A DNA stretch of 64,000 bases from a virus: IMG/VR virus record IMGVR_UViG_3300046804_006785; one strand, written 5' to 3'. Below the pieces are notes generated by a model. The model was not told where the DNA came from and made no database searches. It worked only from the letters and a program-made list of their open reading frames with translations. Positions 10,401 through 19,400 of this stretch are shown here, in pieces (within the stretch, counting starts at the first letter, position 1; every line of letters starts with the position of its first letter). A program made the position numbers and the translations under genes.

Positions 10401-13400
10401 AATAGGTGGAATATCTCGAATGTTAAACCCCATTCCTAGTATGTTCCCTCTACCTCCAGTTGCAGGTGTAGGTATGGGCGGATCAATGCTAGGTATGTTT
10501 GGAATGTTTATGAATACCTTTGGTGGTATCTTAGGGTTGGATCAATCATTAAGATCAAATCCAAGAAACCAAGCTCCTACTGTTGAAAGGGTCTTACAAG
10601 AACAAACGGCAGCTAATCGCAAAAAAGCAGGATTAGGTAATGCTAAAGGTACTAAAGCTAGTCAACAATTAATTGAGAATTTAGGTAATACTGCCATAGA
10701 TAGTGTTTTAGAAAATCTCAATATTCCTATGATTCCTACTTCTGTTATACAAGGGTTAACAGGGAATAAACTAAAACAACAATCAGGAACAATTGTAGAG
10801 GTTATTAACTCTCTTGGTGTTCAAAGAAGCAGGACTGAGCAATTATTAGAAAGAACTGTTAAATCAGGTCGTACAAATGTTAGCAAAAGAACAGAGATAC
10901 TAACTAAGCAAGCATTGAAAGAGCGCGGTATAGACGCAAAAACTCGCGACTCTATGACTACAGATGAGTTAGCAAGAGCTAGACAGAATATTATTGGCAA
11001 ACCACTGGCACTGACTGATAATGAACGAAAATTAATGTTAGCTATGGGTAATGTTCAAGATTCTGGAATACCTCTTAGTCCTAAGCAAGCTCAAAGATTA
11101 GATATACTCACTGCCAAAGTTTTAAAAGAACGCGGTCAGATTAAGGATTTTCAAAAAATTAGGCAAGCTGGTGGGTTAGATACTTTCCGTCAAGATTTAG
11201 TTAATAATCCACGCACGGGCAAATTTGTTGGCAGACTTACAGAAGCTTATGCTGGTAATGATCAAGAGGCTATGAAGGGATTGCTGTTAGAAGGCTTGAG
11301 AAAAGCTGGTATGTCTTCACAGCAACTTAAAAACATAGATCCTAAACTTTTAGATACGGCTACTGCGGGTTTGATGGCATCCTTAACTGGCTTGCAAGCT
11401 AAGTTTAAGGAGAAGGGCTTTGATATGGGTAAATCCATAGCCCAAGGTTTTAAAGACTCTGTACGTAATCTTGCTAATGCTAAGGATGACCTGGAATATA
11501 ATGCTAAAAAAGCACTAGGTCAAGCTAATTTTGGCGATGCCGTTGGTGTCATCTTTAAGCGCATGAGTCGGGGTACTGTAGCTACCCAGGATCAATTTAA
11601 GGAAATGTACAACCAGATGGGATCTGGTGTGAAAAAAGTTCTGTTTAGCGATCCAAAAAAAGCTGACGCAACTTTCCCGAATGTGTTGCAATTTATGGGG
11701 TCTATTGCTGCAACTTTAGCACCTGTAACATCTTTGTTTGCTTCCTTAAGTCCCTTATTCTTACCTCTAGCTCCGATTATTGGTGGTATAGGTGCGGCTG
11801 TGAGTATGGTTTCACCTCATGTAGCTAAACTCATGGATGGTATTCAGCGAGTAGAAATATTACAAAGAAGGTTTACTTTCTTAGGCGGATCTAAAGCAGG
11901 TGGCGAAGCAGAATTTAAGTATGCCAAAGACATTGCTAATAAAATGAATGTCCCCTCTGAAACTGCGGCTAATGCTTATTCTCAGTTAGCTATAGCAGCC
12001 AAGGATAGTAAGATGGAAGGACAAGGTGTCAAAGATTTGTTTGAAGGTATTACAGCATCTCTAAGCACGTTAGGTATTGGTGGTCACGATGCAAGTTTAG
12101 TCTTCATGGCTTATACGCAAATCCTGGCTAAAGGTAAGCTGTCAATGGAAGAATTAAGACAGCAATTGGGTGAGAAATTCCCGCCAGCTATGGGTGTATT
12201 TGCTAAGGCTATGGGTGTGTCAGTACCAGAAATGAACGCTCTCATCTCGTCTGGTAGTGTTTTATCTCAAGATATCTTACCTAAAGTTGCTAAAGTACTC
12301 AAACAAGATTATGGTAATTCGGCTGCTAGTCAAGCGGGTGGGCTAGTAGTTGCATTAAATAAACTAGGTAATGTGGGTTTTGAGATAACCACAATCTTTA
12401 CTGATAAGTTAGGCGGAACTCTAGGTTTCTTTGTTAGTACTTTTGCTGATGGCTTATCTTTGTTCAGTAAGAGTCTTGGAGCGTTAATACCTTTAGGTCA
12501 ATCTTTTGCCATTGGTTTTGCTGCCACTATAGGTATCGGGTTAACAGTAATCATGACTAAGTTTAAACCCTTGGTTACTTTACTTGGATCTTTGCAAAAC
12601 CTATTGATGGCAACTTTTTCAGTTGTAGCTACTAACATGATGCCGATGATTATTGGTGTCACTGCTGATGTTGCTGATAATTGGTTAGGTGCTGAAAAAG
12701 ACATGATCGCTAACATGAAAGATGGTATCACCAATATGGTTGTTGCCACTTTTAGCACTATAGACTCGGTTATGCGATCTATGAGTGATGGCAATGTCAG
12801 CTTCTCATCTATGTTTGGCAGCTTAGTACAAGGTGCTGAACAAGCAGGTAATATGATTGACTGGCTTAAAGGTGTGTTTAGTGGGTTCTTTAAAGTCATA
12901 CCTCCAGGATTCATTGAACTACTAGCAATGGTGTTCATGTTTGAACAAGGTGCAGGGCTAATGACAATGGCTTTAGCTCCTGCTTTTAAAGGATTCTTCG
13001 GCGCATTAACTGGGATGCTTGGCGGCGCAGCTAAAGCCTTTGTAGGTGTCATGACCTCAATGAAGGTTGCTAGTGAGTTAATGATGACTTCTATGGGTGC
13101 AGCTATAACCGCTAGTGAAGCAAGAATTAAAATCTTCTCAGCTACTTTAGGATTTTTGAGAACTGCGTTAACTCATATAGGTGTCGCTTTTGCCATATTA
13201 ATGTTTTCTAAAGGTGACTTTAGCAATCCTATGGGTGATTCACTCAAGGAAGCAACTAAGGAACTCAATAATGGTTTGACTGAGATTAGAGCCAATGTTC
13301 AAAAAACGGCGGACTCCTTTGATAAAGCAACTAACAATGTTAAAAAGTTAGGCGGATCACTAGCTGACACATTACCTTCTAAAGGCGTACAGCTTGACAT

Positions 13401-16400
13401 TAGAAGCTTCTGGGGTGGTGGTGACTTTAAATGGGATGATGCAGTTAAGGCAAGAAATAAAGGTCAAGCTAATCCAGTAATGGATTTTCTTGGTGTAGGT
13501 GCTTTAGGTGCTGCTGGTGCTGGTGCTGCGTATGCTGCTGGTGTAGGTTTAGCTTCGGCTACTACTGCGGCTTCTATGGCTGCGTCTGCCGCTACGGTTT
13601 CCAATGCTGCTTTGCTTGCTTCAGGCGCATCCGGTCCACTTATGGCAATCCCTCTGATGGGTAAGCTTGCTATGGCAGTAGCCCCCGCAGTAGCGGCTTT
13701 TGCTCCTGTTGTATTAGCTGTTGCTGGTTTGGCTGCAGCTATAACATTAGCCACTAAGGCTCTCGACTTATTTGCTCCTAAACTGACAAAAAAACAAAAA
13801 GAATTTCTTAAGAAACCAGAAAACAAGGGAATAAACAGCTATTTTGATACAGAAGATCCAAATGCACGATTAACTAACGCGCAACAACAGGTTATCAAGT
13901 ATTTTGAGGATCAAGACAAAAATATCCAAAACTTAAAAGAGTTTGCGTCTAGTCAAGGGTTTACTGGTAAACCTAGTGACTTTGTAGCCGATATCAAACC
14001 GTTGACAACAGATCAGCAAAAAATATTCAACACTGACAAACAAATATCAAATCTTAACAAACAAATTGAGGATAACAACAATAGAAGATTAGCTGTATTA
14101 GCCGATGCAAAAGCTAGAGGTGCTAGTCCTCAAGAAATTAAAGATATACAAAACAGTGCTAATTTTAAAAACTTAGAAAATCAGTCTAAGGAAAAGAGAA
14201 ATGCTGTTGCCCTTGCTGCTGCTGTATTTCAAATAGGTGATAGTCCAGAAGTAAGAAAGACTTTAGGTGATATTGATGGACAAATAGCTAAAAAACAAGC
14301 GCAACTGGAAAAACTTCAAGAAGAATCTGAAAAAGTTAAAAATATTAATTTGCTTGCTTTAGGTGGTGAACCTGGAGCGTCTTTTGCTTCATCACCTGCT
14401 TATAGTAACGAGATTAGTAACGTTGAAAACGAACTTAAAGTCTTAGAGGCTCAAAAAGGTAATCAAGCAAATTTAATCAAGGCTTCTATACAACGTGCGT
14501 TTGATTTTAAAGAGATTAAAAATATTGACAAACAACTGGATGCAGCAACTAAACGAAGTGTAGAACTAAACAAGGCGTTACCGAGTGATAAGGTTCGTAA
14601 GGAACAAGGTGAGGTCAAGCAATTAATTCAACAACTTTACAAAAAACGTGAGGATCTAGTTAACAGCTTTGGATCACCGTTGCCTATGTTGGAACGGCTG
14701 CTTAAACAGCAAGAAGAATATAAGCAAAAGTTAATTTCAGGTGCGGTTGAGGATGTGCAAGGGAATTTAATTCCTGCGGCTGTCCAAAAGACTCAAGCAC
14801 AGATTAACCAGCTTAAAACTATGATAGCTGGAGTAAAGCCGTTTGATGTCCGACCTATGGAAGAGGCTTTATATACCCAAGCTACCAATGCTGTTAAGGA
14901 TGCAAATACTAGATTTGAGCGTGCTACATCGGCTAATAGGATTAAGTCTAATTTAAGTCAGGCTAAAATTTACGCATCATCGGGAACAGCGCAACAAATA
15001 GCACCTGAATTATCAAATATTCAACTAGCTGATTTAAGCAGCCAACGCACGTTATTAACTGAAAAGATTAATAGTGATCAAGCTGCCTTAGATAAGATAA
15101 GTCAAGTTATTGTGGCTGGTGGTACTAACTTAAATGAAGCACAAGCAGAATTTGATAAGTTAAGAGGCGATATTACTAAGGATAGAGAGGCTTTAGCTCA
15201 AAACGCACAAGAAATGGCTAAAGCCCAGCGTGATATGAAACAGGCTTTGATTGACCAAACTAAACAGGTAGCGGAATATTATAGAGCTTCAGTTAGGGAA
15301 GCGCAAGCGGTAAGCATAGAGTTCCAAAAAGCACAAAAAACCCTAGAAGGATCTAGGATGCAAAACAAGCTTAGAGAAGCTTTGATAGGGGCTGGCGATA
15401 ACATTTACACTCAATTTATTGAGGGACTTATTAATATCATCTCTCAAACTACTGAGATGGAAAAACGCCAGTTAGACGCTAAAAAACAGGAAATTGATTA
15501 TCAAAATAATATTGATGATATTAAGCTTCGTGCTAGTGAATTACAACGAAGTCTACCAGGAAAGATAGTTCCCTTTGATGAAAATAAAATTAAAGAGTTT
15601 GACGATCAACTTAGAACAGTTCAGGGTAGTGTTGTTGGTATTAACTCTGATGTGCAAGAGGTTGTGAAGTCTTTAGGACAAGACGCTGTAACAGCTACTA
15701 ATGGACTTAATGATGCCTTTAAGGGACTTGGTGATACTGTGACGGGCGTGGGAACTAAGTTAGACTTAACTTTAGGTAAGTTAAATCAAGCCACTAATGA
15801 AAATACTTCCTCTGATTGGGCAGGTAATATATTAAACACTGTAGGTCGTGTGTTTGGTGGTATAACATCGGCTGTATCATCGGCTATAACACAACCTACA
15901 ACACAGGATGCCGCAGCTACGACACCAGCAACACCAGCAACACCAGCAACAACGGTTACACCTACAGTAGCAAATCAATTTACATCACCTATTAAAAATA
16001 CGACTATCCAAGATTTGATTAACTATAAACCCACCTTTGGACAAAGTGTCATGGGTAATAGACCCAAAGGTCGGATTCATAATAAAGTAGATTTTGACAG
16101 TCGTGTTAAGGGTGGTGCTGGTGCAGAAGTTATTGCTAGTCTTGCAGGTGTAGCTAAATTGCAAAAATGGGGCGGACAAGATGCTGCTGTGTTTGTTAAT
16201 AGTATATTACCATCGGGTACACAGATAACTATAGAGTATGGACACTTAGCTCTTAATAGTATTAAAAATACTCTTGGTGACTTAAGCAAACCTGTACAGG
16301 TACAAGCTGGGCAAAAACTGGGTAATGTATTAGGGCATCATCTAGACTTTGGGGTTAAGGCAAATGGACGCTATATTAACCCTCAAGTGTTCCTTGCTAA

Positions 16401-19400
16401 TTTAGCTAAGGGTGATTATGGTGCGATCGCTTCCCAACCTCCGGCAACTGCTAAAACTAAAGCTAATACTGTTACTCCTGCCAGTCAGTCTAAGGGCGAA
16501 TCTGTAATCAGAATGCAGAGATTAGGACAAAAAGATGAATTTGGATTAGAAAAAATCCAGTTAGCTGTCATCAAACAGGGAAAATTAATTGATAGATTTA
16601 TTGTTAATTCTGGTAAGGCTGATACTCAGATATTTGGTGGTGCAGGTGAAACAAAAGCAGGGTCTAAACAACCTGTAGAGTTTGGTAGTTATAGACTTGG
16701 TAAAACTACTCCTAGCGGTAATAAGGCTAAAATGGGGAATGAGTTTATAAGACTTGAACCTGATTTTAAAACAGAACGAACCGCTATTGGTTTCCACATT
16801 GATAAGGACAGACTTGTTGATCCTGGCTCTAGTGGTTGTATTGTATTTGCTAACGAAGCAGAATTTAATAAATTTAAGCAAGCATTAAAGAGTACGGGTA
16901 TTAAGAGTTTTGTCTTTGATCAATCCGTTGGTGCGGTAGAAATAGCCAAGAATGTCGCATCACAGGTTAAGCCGTTACCAAAATCAGGAAACCGCGCTTT
17001 TGATGCAAGTAATATTGTCTCTAAAAACAAATTGCAATCCTTAGTAGTCCAAGAATTAAGTACAGGCAGACTCTTAGGAAGTATAAATAGTAATGTATCC
17101 CCGGTATCATCTGCATCAACTGTTAAATTAATTGTTGCTGATTTAATGACTGATGCAATTAATCAAGGTACTGCAACATTGCAAGAGACTTTAACAATTA
17201 AACCCGGTGAAGTTGCTCAATGGAGTGCTATTAACAAATCAGGACAGAAACGTAGAATTTCTGAATTACTTACTCAGATGATTGTGAAGTCTGATAATAC
17301 GGCTGCAAATGTTTTAATCAATCGTCTTGGCGGGTTAGATAAGCTAAACCAACTAGCTGCTGCTAAAGGTTACACAAATACAAAATTTAATAAATATTTC
17401 TTGTTACCAGGAGAAGACACTAAAAAAGGAAATGTATCAACCGCAGGAGATGTAACTAGTGCTGCTAGAGAATTATTAGTAACAAATAGCCCGTCTGATA
17501 AATTAGCTGCTGATGCCTTGAAAAAAACAAGGAATTTTAAATATCAAGGTGAAGTAGGCGGAAAAATTGGTAATAATTCTAAGATCATTGGTAATGTTGG
17601 CGTTGTCAGTATTAACGGAAAACTATACCTTGTTACTGCTTTTGCTAATACTAATGGTAATGACTTAACTAACCGTAAATTCATTACTAACGCTACTAAT
17701 GACGTTGTTAAGCAAATTCAAGGTATGCAGTCTTCAGAATTGCAAACCATCCCAACACAAGCCAAACCACGTAGAAAGAGATTACCCGTTCCCATATTAC
17801 CGCCTGTACCTGGTACTATAGGTATTAAAAACTCTTCAGGAATATCTCAAGGTGGTAATGACTTAAGCTCTGAAGAATATGCAAAACTAACCCCACTTGG
17901 TAAGCAACTTTATGAACTGCGTAAGAATAAGTATATTTTAGCTTTAGCTAATGCTGTGGCTAATGCTGAGGGTTCTGATTTTAGAAAAAATACTAGGAAC
18001 TTTGGCTATGGTCTAACGATTGGTGGTGAGAATGTTACTGATTTCTCTAAACATCCCTATGTGGGAACTGGTAGGAAACCAACTTGGATTAAAGCCATTA
18101 ATGATGCCAGTACAGCAGCCGGACGCTATCAGATGATGAATTTTAACGCATCTATTCAAGCGGCTAAAAAACAGTTTGGTAAAAATGCCATGCCGGATAT
18201 GTTTAAGTTGACCGACTATCAAGGTCAGGATCAACCAAGCTTTAGCCCTGGTATGCAAGATTTATATTTTACTTATTCCTTAAAATCTAGAGGTGTTTTA
18301 GATCAAGTTTTAGCAGGTAAAGTAGATACATCTGTATTAAATAAACTTGCTCAACATTATGCAAGTATCCAGTCTGGTAAGGATAAAAGCGCATATTTCG
18401 GACAAGGAGCACCACAAGGGCAGCATAGTAATTTCTTAAAGACTTATCGAGAAAATCTTAATAGGTTGAATGAACTAGTTAATACTGGCGGGACTCTTAC
18501 TCCTGACAAAATGCAATCAAGTGTTACATATGCAACAAATCTTAAATTCCATACAGCCGATGGACAAAATGCAGCTAACCTGATGAATACTGAGGCTCAG
18601 GAATTAACAGACAGAGCACAGCAATTGTTAGGGTTATATCGTTTACTTAGACAAAGTACTGAATCTATGTTTCAAATTCAAAGCAGTATGAAAGATACTG
18701 ATTTAGATATTTGGAAAACTATAAGAGAGGGTTTGTCTCCCAACATGAGTAATGTTGAACGATTCTTGATTGGCTATCAAGAGCTTATTCGTTCATTAGA
18801 GAAAAAGAGAGAAGCGTTAGAAAAAACAGTTCGTGATACTCAAGGTGTAATTGACAATGAAAAATTACTAAAAGCTGCTTTTGTTGCATCTTTAGAGAAA
18901 TTTCCAGACAGTCCTGAACAGGCACTTAACGCAATTAATACAAATAACGAGGTTTTTAAAACTACTGTACGTCAGAATATACAAGCTAAAAAAGCATTAG
19001 CTGAATTGAATCAAAATACTCCTAAAATACTTGAAGCAAGAGTAGATCAATTTAATAAAGAAGAAATATCTAGACGAACAGGAGTTACATTACAAACTGA
19101 AAAACTCCGAATTAGTTTACTCCAAAAACAAGTTGAACAGCGTAAACTATTACAGCAATTAAACCCACTTGATCCAAGGTCTGCTAGAACTGCTGATTTA
19201 GAAGCAAACCTAGCTTTATTAAATACCGAGAACGAATATAAAGAAAAGCTTAATGCTATTACAAATGAAGAAAATAGTCGGTCTATTTCTTCTGAAGAAG
19301 CTAAGAAAAGAAGGGACTACGTTAAGGAAGAATTTGAACTCAATAAACAAAATATTGAGTTAAAACAAAAAAATGATCGTATTGCTGAAAATGCAAATAT

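Noticed and set aside
17030-17720. Antibiotic-resistance gene
   Set aside because: The beta-lactamase fold is embedded in a virion protein with KIG in place of KTG; a cell-wall role is more plausible
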